In this document: positions 23,366-35,876 of the stretch, one piece after another
How the letters are laid out: each line of letters starts with the position of its first letter
Position numbering within the stretch: the stretch's first letter is position 1
Sequence record: OR544954
Source of the DNA: Escherichia phage vB_EcoM_EP32a
Reading direction: 5' to 3' (one strand)
Length of the DNA stretch: 64,000 nucleotides
Program-made: the position numbers and the translations under genes
The notes under the pieces: model-generated
The model's input: the letters and a program-made list of their open reading frames with translations, nothing else
Database searches by the model: none
What the model was told of the DNA's origin: nothing

Positions 23366-24814
23366 TTAAGCTGTAGGAAGTTCAACCCATGCACCATCTT
23401 TGCGAACATAGAATTTACCGTCTGAAGGAGCATCTTCAATATATCCAGCGTCCTTAAGAGTTTGGATTTCAGCTTCTGCAGCGGCCAAATCAGTTTCAAG
23501 AGTAGCAATTCTAGAAGTTAAACCATTAATTGTCGTATCATGACTTTTAACTGTAGGCAATATACCGCGTTCTTCAACAGTCGAACCATTTGGGTTGGTG
23601 CCATTTATAAGAGTATTTAATGTGTTTACAGAACCCTTAATTCCTGTGGAATTAGTCCCAACATCAGTTTGAATGTTCTGAATGTCATTACTCAGCCCAC
23701 CGATAGTTCCTTCAAGCTCTCGAGTACGATAAAGCAAAGAGCCGTCTGGTTCCGGTTTCCCACCTGAAGCGTCAACACCAACTACGTTATTTAACCATGA
23801 CACATTAAAACGCAATCCTGACGAAGAATCAGAGCCGACAACAGTATTCAATGCTCCGATAGCATCAGTATTGAGTTTAATACGTCCTTGGATTGTAGTA
23901 GGCAAATCATCGGCGCCAATGGCAGTTTCTACTGTAGTCAAACGAGGTTTAATACCACCAGATTGATTGAGCTCAAGATTAATGTCGTTTATTGCTGAAC
24001 TATTCGCATTAGTTGTAGTAATAATAGAAGTCGTATTAGGATACCCAATAGACTGTTTAATGCCATCCAAGTCAGCATTTTGACGCGACAAAGTTAAATC
24101 AATACCGGAAAGACGACTAAACACTGGAGTAGTGAAAGAAGCGCGAGGCCCCATTTCTTCGCGCAAGTGTTCAACTTCAACAGTTAAAGAGCCGACGTCA
24201 GAATCAGCAAATTTAGTTTCCAAATCAGTTAATCGAACACCGTGGTCAACAATTACGGAGCTATTAGTCATAATACGGCGTTTCATACCAGTGCTATCAT
24301 TTCCTGGAGTAGGAACCCCATTAATATCTTGACCGGTATATTGTCCTAATTCATTTTTAATCCAAAGCAGGTCGTTACGAACCGTTCTATAAACTGAATC
24401 TGTTTCCTGATTATAAACACCAATATCGTCAGTATTCGCATCAATATGTTCATTCAAATCATTCAATTCACTAGCATGGGTTTGAACTGTGACTTTAATG
24501 ACATCGATATCTTGGGTGTTCTGGCCTATCTGTGCAAGAGCATCAACATCCCCAGAAACATCTAAAATACCTTGAATAGCTTTGATATCTTCATTGGCCG
24601 TATTCAAAGAAGATGCTATAGTTTTAATATTAACATCTAACGCTTCTACGTTACGTTGAACTTCAACAATAGGACGGTTCATTACACCTTCAGAACCGTA
24701 TTTTGTGTCAGCACCTGTTATTTCTTCATCGTTTTTAATCCATTCAATACGACTCTGACCCGCGTCTGGTGGGCCGTCAACATATGGTAAATCTACCAGA
24801 GTTATATCAGTCAT
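23366..24814 (-). CDS. wac: fibritin (whisker antigen control)
   Basis: 482 aa coiled-coil ORF with C-terminal foldon-like GYIEDAPSDGKFYVRKDGAWVELPTA. Confidence 0.9.
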   Translation of the reverse strand: MTDITLVDLPYVDGPPDAGQSRIEWIKNDEEITGADTKYGSEGVMNRPIVEVQRNVEALDVNIKTIASSLNTANEDIKAIQGILDVSGDVDALAQIGQNTQDIDVIKVTVQTHASELNDLNEHIDANTDDIGVYNQETDSVYRTVRNDLLWIKNELGQYTGQDINGVPTPGNDSTGMKRRIMTNSSVIVDHGVRLTDLETKFADSDVGSLTVEVEHLREEMGPRASFTTPVFSRLSGIDLTLSRQNADLDGIKQSIGYPNTTSIITTTNANSSAINDINLELNQSGGIKPRLTTVETAIGADDLPTTIQGRIKLNTDAIGALNTVVGSDSSSGLRFNVSWLNNVVGVDASGGKPEPDGSLLYRTRELEGTIGGLSNDIQNIQTDVGTNSTGIKGSVNTLNTLINGTNPNGSTVEERGILPTVKSHDTTINGLTSRIATLETDLAAAEAEIQTLKDAGYIEDAPSDGKFYVRKDGAWVELPTA

Positions 24815-26397
24815 TATTTTACCTTAATGATATAGTTTAAAGAAATATTCCATGGGCGAGTTTCATTTCCAATTAATTCTGGACGATTCAGGGTATATTT
24901 AGAGTTACGCTGAGACGCTGGATCAATTTCATATCCATCGTTAGTAAAATACGAACGGTTATCCCAGTCAAGTCCTTTACGAGTACCAACAAAGTTTGAA
25001 CGACGAGTATTACCGAATGCTCCTGCATCGTCACGTTCACCAAAACCGCCAGCATGCTTATGATATGACATCTGTTGTTTTTGCACCTCACCAACATATC
25101 CACCGGTACAACCTACCGCCAGACGAGGCTTACCGAATTGGTCATTACCATTAACATTAGGGTTAGTTAAATGGTTACCACGTCCTGAGCCGCGAACAAA
25201 TAATCCACGCATATCAGGCAAGCCTGGGTTAGAAGAACTACCACCATATCGTGTCCCAATTCTGGAAGCATATACCGGACATTCTGAAGCAGAAACGGTC
25301 CCACCGTGACAGAAACGCCAGTCCGAACTCGGCAAACTATCTGCAGCCCACATTGTAATAGCGCCAACTGGAAGAATTCGGTCTAATTCATTTTGAGTCA
25401 CAATACGATTGCCTTGAATATAACCACCGGTCATATTGACATTACCCGTTATATTAGCACCACCAGAACCAACCGTCAACGTATTATTAATGCGAAGCGT
25501 GCCATTAATAGTTTGACCGCCTCGTTGGTGGATAACATCAGCATTCCAAGCAAGGGCAGAAGAACCATCACCACCTGATTGGCTACCCGCTTGTGTAGTT
25601 AAACGAACAACTCCACGTAAAGAAGTTGTAGCCCCACGCCCGTTTAATGTTGCGCCGGTCACTACAACTGAAGAGTTGTTACTATTTACTTCAGTCTGTG
25701 TCCCTAGTTTAACGACACCTTTATTAGTTTCTGATGCTACTGAATTCATAAAGGTATAAGGTGAAATTGCATAGCCTTCACGCAGGGTGCCTTGTTGTGC
25801 TTGTGCAACTGTAGCTAAACGAACAACACCTGTAATAGATTCGGTGGCGTCACTATTATTTGGAGCAATTTGTGAAATAAGTTTAATTGCTAATTGTTGT
25901 GTTTTTAACGGGGTCATTGCCGTTGTATCGTCAGAACCAGCTAATGCCGCAGCAGAAGTTGAAATTTTAATTACACCATTTGTTGCTTCTGTTGATACTT
26001 TTGTCTGGAATACATTGTCTATTTTTTGATTCAATTTAAGCGGAGTAATTGATGCATCGTCAATAGCTCCGGCTACTGCTTCATCTTCAGTAGCATAACG
26101 AGTTAAACCATATTGAGTTTCGGTTGCATTAGGATATTGTAGACGAGCATTCAGTGATGCCGGAGTAACAGCTTTACTATTATCTAATCCATCAATAACT
26201 TCTTGTGGAGTGGCTATTTGAATAATTCCAGGTGTAGTAGTTGTTGCTTCCGGGACGCCGTTAACACCTGAAGGAGAAATAGCAGCTAATGCGGCTTGGA
26301 CATTAGTGACTGTATCTGGAAAATTCGACCCAGTAGGGTCGAATTCAACGTAAATAGATTCATTTGAAACGTGTTGGTATGTATTGTTATTACTCAT
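24814..26397 (-). CDS. 12: short tail fibre protein gp12
   Basis: 527 aa ORF, T4 gp12 length, between wac and 11. Confidence 0.9.
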   Translation of the reverse strand: MSNNNTYQHVSNESIYVEFDPTGSNFPDTVTNVQAALAAISPSGVNGVPEATTTTPGIIQIATPQEVIDGLDNSKAVTPASLNARLQYPNATETQYGLTRYATEDEAVAGAIDDASITPLKLNQKIDNVFQTKVSTEATNGVIKISTSAAALAGSDDTTAMTPLKTQQLAIKLISQIAPNNSDATESITGVVRLATVAQAQQGTLREGYAISPYTFMNSVASETNKGVVKLGTQTEVNSNNSSVVVTGATLNGRGATTSLRGVVRLTTQAGSQSGGDGSSALAWNADVIHQRGGQTINGTLRINNTLTVGSGGANITGNVNMTGGYIQGNRIVTQNELDRILPVGAITMWAADSLPSSDWRFCHGGTVSASECPVYASRIGTRYGGSSSNPGLPDMRGLFVRGSGRGNHLTNPNVNGNDQFGKPRLAVGCTGGYVGEVQKQQMSYHKHAGGFGERDDAGAFGNTRRSNFVGTRKGLDWDNRSYFTNDGYEIDPASQRNSKYTLNRPELIGNETRPWNISLNYIIKVK

Positions 26398-27053
26398 GAG
26401 GCTCTCACAAAGTGGTAGAAAACGGTAGGAGTATCATGGTTATCAAGAGTAACCGTTTGGGCACCTAATAAATTCCATGTTCCGTATCCGGATTTTGCTT
26501 CAGACAAAATTTCTTGCGAAATTGTTACGCCAAACGAAGCATATGTTGGCAACACATGACGTTGGTTATCTAAATATGTCACCTGAAGTTTATTACCTTC
26601 GGATGGATGGTCTTTATAAGAAGAAATAGCGATTTGATTAGCAATGGCTTCTTGTAAAGCTATACGAACTTGTGCCGTTAATTCGTTATCAGTCATACCG
26701 ATTGTTGCTTTAACAGCAAGTCCAAATACGTTAATAACTACTGGCGTTCCAGTGGTCAAAGTATCGTCGAGAACATCACCAGAAAAAGTCCAATAATCAA
26801 CTTGTGCTGTACCTTCAGGCGATACGCCTGAAGTGTTTGTGACAACAGTACCAATATCAGCTCGTGCCATATTATGGACATCATTTATTGCAGATTCTAC
26901 GTTAGCATCATAAAAACCGCGAGCTAACTGAGAAATAGTCACGGAACCTACAGCTTGGTTGTTTAAAACATCAATTTGAGCTGGATTTTTTCTGTAATTC
27001 AAAAAATCAGCATGACGGGAAATAACTCCCGCCTTTGTATTAAGTACAGTCAT
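26394..27053 (-). CDS. 11: baseplate wedge / short-fibre attachment protein gp11
   Basis: ORF track gives 225 aa; start probably the Met at 27053 (MTVLNTKAG...), giving 219 aa with an ATGA overlap onto the gp10 stop. Confidence 0.85.
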   Translation of the reverse strand: MTVLNTKAGVISRHADFLNYRKNPAQIDVLNNQAVGSVTISQLARGFYDANVESAINDVHNMARADIGTVVTNTSGVSPEGTAQVDYWTFSGDVLDDTLTTGTPVVINVFGLAVKATIGMTDNELTAQVRIALQEAIANQIAISSYKDHPSEGNKLQVTYLDNQRHVLPTYASFGVTISQEILSEAKSGYGTWNLLGAQTVTLDNHDTPTVFYHFVRAS

Positions 27054-28858
27054 TATGCAATCCTTACCCAACGGTATACAGTTATAGATGGCTGAATATT
27101 AGTTATAGAACGCGCTGGAACATGAGATCCATTAGTCTTTGCATGGTCTTCACGATATTTAGTGTAAATAGGACCTTCTTCATCCGGGTCATATTGGCAA
27201 CCGCCTATAATTACTGTACCATTATCATCAGAAATAAGAACCTTTTCATCGGTTTGTGTAGCTGGTAAATCAGCATTTTCTAATGTGATGGTTGTTACAC
27301 CAACGGTACCACCTGCGGTATGAGTAGGGTTACCATTGACGTCAAGGTCATTATTATTTAATGCAAAATTAGGATCGGATGCGTCGTCATTCCAACCTGC
27401 TAATACTTTGCCTTGTCCCCAAATTTTCCACAAACCAAAACCTAAATAAGTTGCCGGATTATTAGGGTTAACCGCATTTTCGTAAATAGTCCCGACAGGA
27501 TAAATTGTATCAAATATTGCTGAGATAGTCGAGAATTCACGTTCATACTTAGGAACAGGTTCTACATTAGGCCATCCAATTTTATCGAAATCGGTTAATG
27601 CAACGTCACCAGTAATTTCAATGTTAGACCCTTGAGAAACATATTTCTCATCAGCGACATCAAGGATTTCTTCCATTTCAAGAAGAGTTCCTAAATCGTT
27701 ATTAAACCATGTGATGGTAATAATGTCTTGGTCTTCAAATTGACGGTCAAATAGAATTGCGCTAGGGATATTATCAGTATATTCAATCGCATAATCTGTA
27801 TACGATTGAGTCCACGTCCCACCGAGATTAGCGCATGACTCTTCAGAATCAGCATCCACACCTTCACAACGGAAAATAGGAGTTCCAACAGTACCAGCTA
27901 ATTCTTGGAGAATACCATTGAAGCGAACTTCTAACGAATTAGGGTTAGGTGGTTCCGTAGGATTAATACCAAATGCTGTAAATGGAATAGACCGGAACGT
28001 ACTCAAATCAGTGACGTAAATACTTCCGTCAATAGACTTTTTAGCAGTCAATTTACTATCTAAAATGCGAACTTGGCGACGAGTATATGAACTACGCCAC
28101 TGAGAAACACCATCTAAGAATGTCTCAATTTGTACAGTGTCCCCAACATTACATGGTTGGCGTAATCTAATATTAAATCCATCAAGTGCAACCAGTTCAC
28201 CAGGATTAGCGCCTGGTGAACCAAAATCACTGTTATCACTGAATACATCACCATAGTACAATTCGTTGCCACGATGTTTTACGCGAATGTTGTTAACGTT
28301 ATAAGAGGTCCCGTTAAAAACATCCATGAAATCGGTCTGACCTTGGGTTTCAACCAGATATTCTCTACGAGCAACGTTACTAATGTCAGAGCTAACTATT
28401 TTGTCAATTTGTTTGTTCTTGATGTATTCCCAACGTCCAGGAGCACAATAAACTAATTCTAAATCAGAGAACTGAACGTTAATTTCCACCGGAGATGAAG
28501 AACCTTTAATCGTGTCTCCGTTTGCCGGAATTAAAGTAACAGGGTTAATGTTCCAAGTTGCAAATACGTCACGGGCACGAATAACTTTATTATAGTCTGC
28601 AATTGTCCCTTTAGGAAGATTTACCGAAACTCGCCCAGAAGTAGTATTAATTGCATAAGATTTACCCCAAGCAGCCTTAAGATTAAGACCATCAGCCGCA
28701 TCATAAGTCTTCCATGCACCAGCGGCATAAGGAACTTCACCATCACCTAATTCATAATAGATTTCGTCAAAGTTCTCATTTATTTTTTCACCACCTCGAC
28801 GAAGGTAATCGCCTTGTCCGTCATCAACGACGTTACCAATTTTAATATTTTGTTTCAT
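27053..28858 (-). CDS. 10: baseplate wedge protein gp10
   Basis: 601 aa ORF in the 9-10-11-12 order. Confidence 0.9.
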   Translation of the reverse strand: MKQNIKIGNVVDDGQGDYLRRGGEKINENFDEIYYELGDGEVPYAAGAWKTYDAADGLNLKAAWGKSYAINTTSGRVSVNLPKGTIADYNKVIRARDVFATWNINPVTLIPANGDTIKGSSSPVEINVQFSDLELVYCAPGRWEYIKNKQIDKIVSSDISNVARREYLVETQGQTDFMDVFNGTSYNVNNIRVKHRGNELYYGDVFSDNSDFGSPGANPGELVALDGFNIRLRQPCNVGDTVQIETFLDGVSQWRSSYTRRQVRILDSKLTAKKSIDGSIYVTDLSTFRSIPFTAFGINPTEPPNPNSLEVRFNGILQELAGTVGTPIFRCEGVDADSEESCANLGGTWTQSYTDYAIEYTDNIPSAILFDRQFEDQDIITITWFNNDLGTLLEMEEILDVADEKYVSQGSNIEITGDVALTDFDKIGWPNVEPVPKYEREFSTISAIFDTIYPVGTIYENAVNPNNPATYLGFGLWKIWGQGKVLAGWNDDASDPNFALNNNDLDVNGNPTHTAGGTVGVTTITLENADLPATQTDEKVLISDDNGTVIIGGCQYDPDEEGPIYTKYREDHAKTNGSHVPARSITNIQPSITVYRWVRIA

Positions 28859-29730
28859 TATTGAGCGACCCCAATTTTCTGAGTTGAGATAATTTTAACT
28901 GCCGAACGTAATCCAATAATATCGGATGTAATCGTCATAGTAGCAAAGTTGTTAATAATACTAAAGCTAATATTAGCAATCTCGTCGGTTTCATCTACAT
29001 TACCAACTCGCATTACTGCAAATTCGGTAGAAAGAACTTCTGAGTTAATTGTATCTATTAGAATATTTATTTCACATGTTTTTATTTTTCTACCGTCAGC
29101 GGATTGACATGTAACAAGCAATTTAGCCATGTTATAATCTGTGCGATAAAACAGAGGAATAGAAACTGTGTTTCCTGTAAGACTCCAAGTCCCATCGACA
29201 GGAGATTCTTTCTGCCCAAACATGCTATCAGTAGAATAATTCCATACTGAAGTCGGCCCATTAATTTCAACACAACGAAGAACAACATGGGTATAAGGGG
29301 TGGAAATAACAAGATTATTAAGAACACCTTTAATTGAACCATCAGTTACTTGGATACTTAAAGGATTGTTAACAGAAATAGACCCATTAGAGTTTATGAA
29401 TTCTACAGAGTCACCTAATTCAGGACGGTCAATAATAACAATCACACCACCATCAGAAGCATCAATATCATGCATAGTGCCTGGTTTAATAGGAGTTTGA
29501 TAATCGACCGCCTTTCCTTTTTGATAATAACCTGTGGCATGAATAGTTTGACCTGTAGGTCCGGTTCCATCTGCTACGGCCATTTTACGTTGATCGCCAA
29601 ATGCATTGTAAATAGCGTTGATATCGTCATTTATTTTATTACCACCGTCGAATAAGATATCACCTGTTGAGGCATTACCAATTTCGCCGGTATCGATTAA
29701 TTGTTTAGGAGTTTGCTTAAAAAATGCCAT
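28858..29730 (-). CDS. 9: baseplate wedge protein gp9 (long tail fibre socket)
   Basis: 290 aa ORF upstream of gene 10. Confidence 0.9.
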   Translation of the reverse strand: MAFFKQTPKQLIDTGEIGNASTGDILFDGGNKINDDINAIYNAFGDQRKMAVADGTGPTGQTIHATGYYQKGKAVDYQTPIKPGTMHDIDASDGGVIVIIDRPELGDSVEFINSNGSISVNNPLSIQVTDGSIKGVLNNLVISTPYTHVVLRCVEINGPTSVWNYSTDSMFGQKESPVDGTWSLTGNTVSIPLFYRTDYNMAKLLVTCQSADGRKIKTCEINILIDTINSEVLSTEFAVMRVGNVDETDEIANISFSIINNFATMTITSDIIGLRSAVKIISTQKIGVAQ

Positions 29731-29762
29731 AATTCTGCCTTTTGTTGTCCGATATTATATTC

Positions 29763-29770
29763 TATTTATA
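29763..29770 (-). promoter_or_regulatory. late promoter motif upstream of gene 9
   Basis: tatttata on plus strand about 33 nt upstream of the gp9 ATG. Confidence 0.5.
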
Positions 29771-29778
29771 GATACAAA

Positions 29779-29800
29779 AATGGGAGCCCGAAGGCTCCCT
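29779..29800 (-). terminator. intrinsic terminator downstream of gene 8
   Basis: gggagcc-cgaa-ggctccc hairpin followed by a U-run on the minus strand. Confidence 0.55.
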
Positions 29801-29802
29801 AA

Positions 29803-30807
29803 TTAAAACATAAACAAAATGTTAATTTCTTCTGTTTGGTCCATTGCCATAATAACAGGTGGTCGGTTTTCCATATAAATCATTTCACCAGAATGACGTT
29901 GCAGGTCTCTAGGGTCGTAATAATCCTTTTCTGCTTTAACATTAGGGTCATTTGGATTTTTCTTAGCTTCTAATGGGTTTGCGATAATTGATATCTGTCT
30001 AAAACCCTTGTTACCTGGCAAAGCTGCCTCAGGGAAATAAACAGAATCAAAATATGCTTTAAACCGCATTGTATTAGCTTTAACACGATAAATCAAGCCG
30101 TAGTCGTCTTGTTGCCAAGTTAAGTTATTTTCATATCCCCAACGGGTGGGGTCTTCTTTAATTTCTTCCGGCCATGGAACTACAAGATATTCATTAGTGC
30201 AACGGTTAATTGACACATCGGCAGGAATCTCATAAAGATATTCCCAAATATATCCATCACCGGTTTCGATAACCCCATTAGCATCGCCTCTGCCTTCAGG
30301 AGGAGACATAGAACGAACAGACGGAGTCCATTTACCACCTAATTTAAGACATTCGTCTTTATTATCTAAAGATTCTATTGAACAGAGCCCTACGTCAGGG
30401 ACGTCTAAACAACGGTAAATTAACCAACCGGCTCCAACTTCTGTCGCGTTGTACGGAGCAGTATTACATGCGACTATATCGTTAATTCTAAACGTGTAAG
30501 GGTCTGGATATCGCACATCTCCCCAATCACGTCTAGGAATAACAGAATCTAACATTGAAGGTAAAACTTTAACGGTACCCATCATGTGGGTCCACATATC
30601 AGTAACACCAAGAACAGAATCTGTAGGATAAGGTGGGGCGAAGCCCACCTCATTTTCATTTGACGCCCAAGGCTCTGAACGTCCAAACGTAATATAAATG
30701 GAGTTCTTATCATCTCCATCCCCAACTGAATTATAAAAATTCAGCATTTTCTCTGTTCTAAATTTTGATGTAACTATTGCACGATAGATAACACTTGAAT
30801 CATTCAT
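29803..30807 (-). CDS. 8: baseplate wedge protein gp8
   Basis: 334 aa ORF, T4 gp8 length. Confidence 0.9.
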   Translation of the reverse strand: MNDSSVIYRAIVTSKFRTEKMLNFYNSVGDGDDKNSIYITFGRSEPWASNENEVGFAPPYPTDSVLGVTDMWTHMMGTVKVLPSMLDSVIPRRDWGDVRYPDPYTFRINDIVACNTAPYNATEVGAGWLIYRCLDVPDVGLCSIESLDNKDECLKLGGKWTPSVRSMSPPEGRGDANGVIETGDGYIWEYLYEIPADVSINRCTNEYLVVPWPEEIKEDPTRWGYENNLTWQQDDYGLIYRVKANTMRFKAYFDSVYFPEAALPGNKGFRQISIIANPLEAKKNPNDPNVKAEKDYYDPRDLQRHSGEMIYMENRPPVIMAMDQTEEINILFMF

Positions 30808-33800
30808 CTAATTTAACCTGTGGTGGATTCACGGGGTCTCTTGGATTTCCTACATTATCGATTAACCGTTGTTCAACCAAATCTCTAAATCTAGAGAATG
30901 TTGTTCCGGACGCATCAAATAATGGGCTCATCAGTTTACGTCGTTCCGATGGAAGTTGACCTTGAAATATGGAGTTATTGTTTTCAGCGTTATAATCTTC
31001 AGGTAATGGATAATCTTGACCAGCCATAGGGCCTATTTCATATATCGCTTTACCTGTAATAGGGTCAAACTCAACATTTCCTTGTGGGTCTAATTTAGCC
31101 ACTCGGTCTGCATATTTAGTCGGTAATCCAGAATCCCACTTATAGTTTTTGTATTTATTAATAATGGTTTCAACATGTTTAAGTGTTAATCCGGTGTTAA
31201 TAAACATTGTGAGAAGGGTAATTGCGATAAATCCAAATCCAACCGGATGAACAAAACGTAATACGTCTGATTTCCAACGAGATGATGGAAGTTTAGATTT
31301 AATCTTCATTACGTAGTATGCTCTACCACGATTTATGTAATCGATGTTGTTCTGAGAAAGCTCTTTACCTTTAATACCACGAACAATTTCACCTTCAAAA
31401 CCAGGGAGTCTTTCAGCTTTAACTTCCTGTCCTTGGATTAAACGACCTAAGAGGTTGTGAATTGTTACAGCCCATTGTAATTTACCTTTAGAGTAACTTC
31501 TCTCGATATACGTCACATTACAACGTCCTGTAGCGGTGTATATGGTTTGTCCGACCAAATCTTCTGTCAACGAATCAGATTCAATGATGATATCATATTC
31601 GGTCCCGGAACTAGATTCAATTTCAATTTCAACATCTTCATTATAAAGCACTTTAAACAAGAATTTATATGATGCTTCAGTTCCTTTAGTTGAATAGAAG
31701 TCATAACTTCTTGATTCAAAGAAACGAGACACTAAATCGCGTTTTTCGGCGTTTAAGTAAATGTTTCGTTTATAAATCTCAGACCATAAATATTCCCACG
31801 CATGTTCTTCTCGCGGATATTGATTTTTAATAAGATTTAAAAGGTTGTTATAATGGGTCCCATAGCCGTCAGAAAGATACTGAATATAAGCCTCGCAGAA
31901 TGCTTCGAAGTTTGTATTATCTAAAAGATAAGACTCCGGCATCATTGTAGTGAGCAATGGTCGTAAATCTGGGTCCGCAATACCGTTCTCTTCCACAGGA
32001 GACCATGTGGTATCTTTTTCTTGGTTTTGTAACGATGCTGTTAAGAATACATTAGTAGGCTTCCAAATTATAGAAACATTATCTCTAACACGGTAACTAA
32101 AATCATAATAAGAAATAATCTCACCTGATGCTTTATAGAAAATCATGCCGGATGCATATTTTTTAAATCCGGTGAAATCTACGTTAGGCATCACTATTGT
32201 ACAGTCACCGTCCTTCCAATATTCATGAACTTCACGGTCTGGAGAACTAAGTGGATGACTCTCAATAACCTTAGTGTAAAGTAAATCAGAATAAATTACA
32301 ACGACCTTGTCTGAGTTATTAATCCAACAACGAGTACCAGACTTTCTAGAATAACTAAAGAATGGCTCAGCATAGTATTCCATCGGTTGAGGAGTAAACG
32401 ATTCCCATTGAGAGTCTTCGGTTGAAATAAATGACATCATATGATAATGTTTATCAGCCAACCATTCGCGAGGATACTCGTATTTAACAGCACCGATTAA
32501 ACCGTACTTGGCTTGTGTTTTTGGGTCATCAACAATATCTGATTCTAAAAATTTAAAATTACTAGATGAAATAGATAACTCAACACCATCAGTAGACATA
32601 CTGGTGTACCCAGGTTCAATACGACGGCGTTCTTCTTCAGTATTACCAAACACACGTTTAAATGTGCCAGCATCATGGTCTAGAACGTAAACACCCTTAT
32701 CAACAGAATCAACAATAGGAGTGGTCCTCGGGTCGTCATTAAGATTAACAACTTCACCGATAATCAGTGCAAATATTTTACCACCAACAGAATCCATTTT
32801 ATAGCAAACTGCCTTAGGGTTACCTGTGATGTTAAATGTTTCTTGTTCAAACAAACGTTCGGAATATGTCGGAGATAATGGGTCCGAATCAATAGGGGCA
32901 TTACTAGTTTTAATAAAACGAACTTTATCTCGAGCAGCAACGTATACATAATCGTCATTGCAAACGATAGCTTCTGCAATACGCGATACGTTAGCAGGTA
33001 ATGATGCGTAGTTACCAAATATTTCTACATCAAATCCTAAATTTAATTGGTCGCCAATTTTAGCAAATGTTATATCTTGAGAACTAAATCTCACATCATC
33101 AGCAGACCAACGAACGTCAGTTGATTTACGGCCGTAAAATAATTTATCATACCCAAGAACATACGTGGTGTGATCTGTCTGGTAATACACTGTTCTTGAT
33201 ACAGGGTACCCTACACGGTCATTAAACAATTTAACCGATTTCCAGGTTTGTCCCTTATCATTAGAGACTTTAACCACAGGCTGGTACCGTTCAAACAAAT
33301 AAAGAATTCCTTCGGATTCCATCAAATAAACGCGGTTTATATCATGACACACCTGTTGAATCGAACCTTGAATTTCATGATACTCATTTTCGCCAATAAT
33401 GAAATTTTTAATAGATGAAATATCCGCATAAGCAGGGCTAAATTGGAACGATTCATTCATTAGAGCTGCCATTATAGTGTCGTTATTAAAATCGACATAA
33501 GTCGTGTTGTTATTTGTAAATTTTTCTCTAATAAAAGTGTTAGCCAATTGCATTTCAATCATATGTTGAAATGTATACGCGTTGGTCTGAAATGATTCAA
33601 ATATTTCGGTGTATACCCAATCAGATCTCTCGAAGCCTTCGGCGGCAGTTGATACACGAATAATATAAGAAGTTAATGGGTCTAAGCTACTTTCGAACCA
33701 ATTGCTATTAGGAGTATATCCTAAATTTATCCATCTGTAGTTGGCAGGGGGAATTATTTCCCCGTCTGCCGTTTTAGTCTCAGCGATTTCTACGAAATAG

Positions 33801-33898
33801 TAGAAATTAGCACCAACGTCATCCCAGCGTATTTGAACTTGGTTAGCGGACAACTTGGATATTCTGAGACTTGTGACTGCTGGCGCTTTTACTGTCAT
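30800..33898 (-). CDS. 7: baseplate wedge initiator gp7
   Basis: 1032 aa ORF, T4 gp7 length. Confidence 0.9.
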   Translation of the reverse strand: MTVKAPAVTSLRISKLSANQVQIRWDDVGANFYYFVEIAETKTADGEIIPPANYRWINLGYTPNSNWFESSLDPLTSYIIRVSTAAEGFERSDWVYTEIFESFQTNAYTFQHMIEMQLANTFIREKFTNNNTTYVDFNNDTIMAALMNESFQFSPAYADISSIKNFIIGENEYHEIQGSIQQVCHDINRVYLMESEGILYLFERYQPVVKVSNDKGQTWKSVKLFNDRVGYPVSRTVYYQTDHTTYVLGYDKLFYGRKSTDVRWSADDVRFSSQDITFAKIGDQLNLGFDVEIFGNYASLPANVSRIAEAIVCNDDYVYVAARDKVRFIKTSNAPIDSDPLSPTYSERLFEQETFNITGNPKAVCYKMDSVGGKIFALIIGEVVNLNDDPRTTPIVDSVDKGVYVLDHDAGTFKRVFGNTEEERRRIEPGYTSMSTDGVELSISSSNFKFLESDIVDDPKTQAKYGLIGAVKYEYPREWLADKHYHMMSFISTEDSQWESFTPQPMEYYAEPFFSYSRKSGTRCWINNSDKVVVIYSDLLYTKVIESHPLSSPDREVHEYWKDGDCTIVMPNVDFTGFKKYASGMIFYKASGEIISYYDFSYRVRDNVSIIWKPTNVFLTASLQNQEKDTTWSPVEENGIADPDLRPLLTTMMPESYLLDNTNFEAFCEAYIQYLSDGYGTHYNNLLNLIKNQYPREEHAWEYLWSEIYKRNIYLNAEKRDLVSRFFESRSYDFYSTKGTEASYKFLFKVLYNEDVEIEIESSSGTEYDIIIESDSLTEDLVGQTIYTATGRCNVTYIERSYSKGKLQWAVTIHNLLGRLIQGQEVKAERLPGFEGEIVRGIKGKELSQNNIDYINRGRAYYVMKIKSKLPSSRWKSDVLRFVHPVGFGFIAITLLTMFINTGLTLKHVETIINKYKNYKWDSGLPTKYADRVAKLDPQGNVEFDPITGKAIYEIGPMAGQDYPLPEDYNAENNNSIFQGQLPSERRKLMSPLFDASGTTFSRFRDLVEQRLIDNVGNPRDPVNPPQVKLDE

Positions 33899-35868
33899 TG
33901 TGAAATAGGCTCCAAATCTATAGTTAAGTACTGAGGACGTAAGTCATTTTCGAATACGATTAAAGAACCATCCTTTGTAAAAATAATATCATCTGCAGGG
34001 TCGGAATAAAGTTCAATTGTTTGAACTTCAAAACGGTCTGAAGTGAGGTCAATTTTAGCAATGTTCCAATAAATCGAATCGGCAGGATAATTCACTTCAC
34101 CAATTGAATAGTATTTGTTTCGTCCGTCAGTAACAGTAAGTTTATTAAAATCATTACCTGTATAAGGTTGTATATTTTCGTTTTCAACAACATCACCGTC
34201 TGCAAATGGACCAATAATAACTTGACCTATGCCACGATCATTACGGTCAGAAGATACTATGCGAACACCGTATTTAATAGTTTCGTTTGCATTTTCTGGA
34301 TTAGGTCTGTGTGAATCAAACGAGAATATATTAGATTCCATCGATCTATCTTTAATCTGATTATTGTATTTAATACCGGCCTCAGGCGTTTTATAGAAGT
34401 TTTGTACTTCGCGAACCATTTGAATAGTAGCTGAAGAACCAATAATAGAAATATCTGCATCATCGACATAAGTTAGCATTTTAGATTTTGCAAACGATGA
34501 GTTAAAAATTTCTACATCTTCAATATAATAACGGTCTATTTTATTAATAATCTGCCCTTCAAGATATTGTTCTGATTCCTGGAGTTTATTCAAAGCGTAC
34601 GTAACTTTGATATTCATTTTGATAAACAAATAATCAGGCGAAATAACAACAGGTGTAATAGTCCCTAAGTTATAATCATTTAAATAGTTTTTGATATCAT
34701 CACGTTGAACAGAAGTCAAATACAACCCAGACTTAGGTTTAGCAGCAATAAATGCGTACCCTGGTTTAGATGAATCTGTGAATGTTTGAACCGCTTGAAT
34801 AATAGAACCAAACCGCTCAGAGACGAATGTGTCATAGTCGGAAGCTGTTACACAACGTTGTTGAGTTTCGCGTTTAATTGTGCCTAATTCGCGGATACGT
34901 TCAATATCTTCAGGGTCACCACCACCATCGGCCCCGACAAAGTCCGGGTTGTTGCTAGGGTTCTCGTTAATATCGATTACCGTGATATTAGCTAATGTAT
35001 CGGCATAAGAAAATCCTACAGCTCCGTTAGCATCTGCACCATTAGTAGAAATATACTCAATTACGATTTTAGAACCCTGAACAGGTTTAAGGCCACCAAT
35101 ATAGTTAGATGTTAACGCGCCTTCTGATGTGTTAATAGAGATTTCGCCTTCGCCAAAATAAAATTCGGTATTCCCATCAACTGTTTCACGCATATAATAG
35201 ATTGTTGACGTAGAACCAGCGTGAACCATCGACTTACGAGTCCAGTTAATCCATTCTGCTCCATCAACGTATAACTTAACCAAATTACGGTCAATATTCT
35301 TATCACGAATAATGATAGGTTTTAATTTATCAAAGGTTAATTCAGTGCGAACAATACGTCCTTGAGCTAATCGAAGACGTGGAAAATATTGGTTATTTTT
35401 GTCTTTAACTACAATGACATCTTCAGTAGAAACAAAGTTATACGGGTTAACAGAAGTATCTTTAGCGTATGCTAAGAAACGAGTGCCACGTGGAATGGTG
35501 ATATAGTTTCTATTTAATGCATCCGTACATGTGAGCATAATTTCTGTTTGTGCTGCCGATTTAGATGAAGGCAGATATCCGTTATCTTGAGCCGCTTGTA
35601 CAACAGAACTACGCAAGTTTGCAGTACGCATAAAACTTTCATACACTGCACTATTACTGAACTGTTGGATATAAAGAGTGTTATATGCTAAAAGGTCGCA
35701 CAATACGTTTAAGCGTGAACCTTCAAAATCATAATCAAGAAATTCATTCTGTCCATGGAGCCATTCGATAATGTTTTGTTTGATTTCGGCAAATGTGCCC
35801 CCGATAAAAATCTCGGGAATAGCATTCGCTGTTCGGGCTAATTGATAATTTACAGGAGTGTTTGCCAT
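33895..35868 (-). CDS. 6: baseplate wedge protein gp6
   Basis: ORF track gives 676 aa; probable start at the Met at 35868 (MANTPVNYQLARTANAIPEIF...), matching the T4 gp6 N-terminus. Confidence 0.9.
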   Translation of the reverse strand: MANTPVNYQLARTANAIPEIFIGGTFAEIKQNIIEWLHGQNEFLDYDFEGSRLNVLCDLLAYNTLYIQQFSNSAVYESFMRTANLRSSVVQAAQDNGYLPSSKSAAQTEIMLTCTDALNRNYITIPRGTRFLAYAKDTSVNPYNFVSTEDVIVVKDKNNQYFPRLRLAQGRIVRTELTFDKLKPIIIRDKNIDRNLVKLYVDGAEWINWTRKSMVHAGSTSTIYYMRETVDGNTEFYFGEGEISINTSEGALTSNYIGGLKPVQGSKIVIEYISTNGADANGAVGFSYADTLANITVIDINENPSNNPDFVGADGGGDPEDIERIRELGTIKRETQQRCVTASDYDTFVSERFGSIIQAVQTFTDSSKPGYAFIAAKPKSGLYLTSVQRDDIKNYLNDYNLGTITPVVISPDYLFIKMNIKVTYALNKLQESEQYLEGQIINKIDRYYIEDVEIFNSSFAKSKMLTYVDDADISIIGSSATIQMVREVQNFYKTPEAGIKYNNQIKDRSMESNIFSFDSHRPNPENANETIKYGVRIVSSDRNDRGIGQVIIGPFADGDVVENENIQPYTGNDFNKLTVTDGRNKYYSIGEVNYPADSIYWNIAKIDLTSDRFEVQTIELYSDPADDIIFTKDGSLIVFENDLRPQYLTIDLEPISQ

Positions 35869-35876
35869 TTTAATTC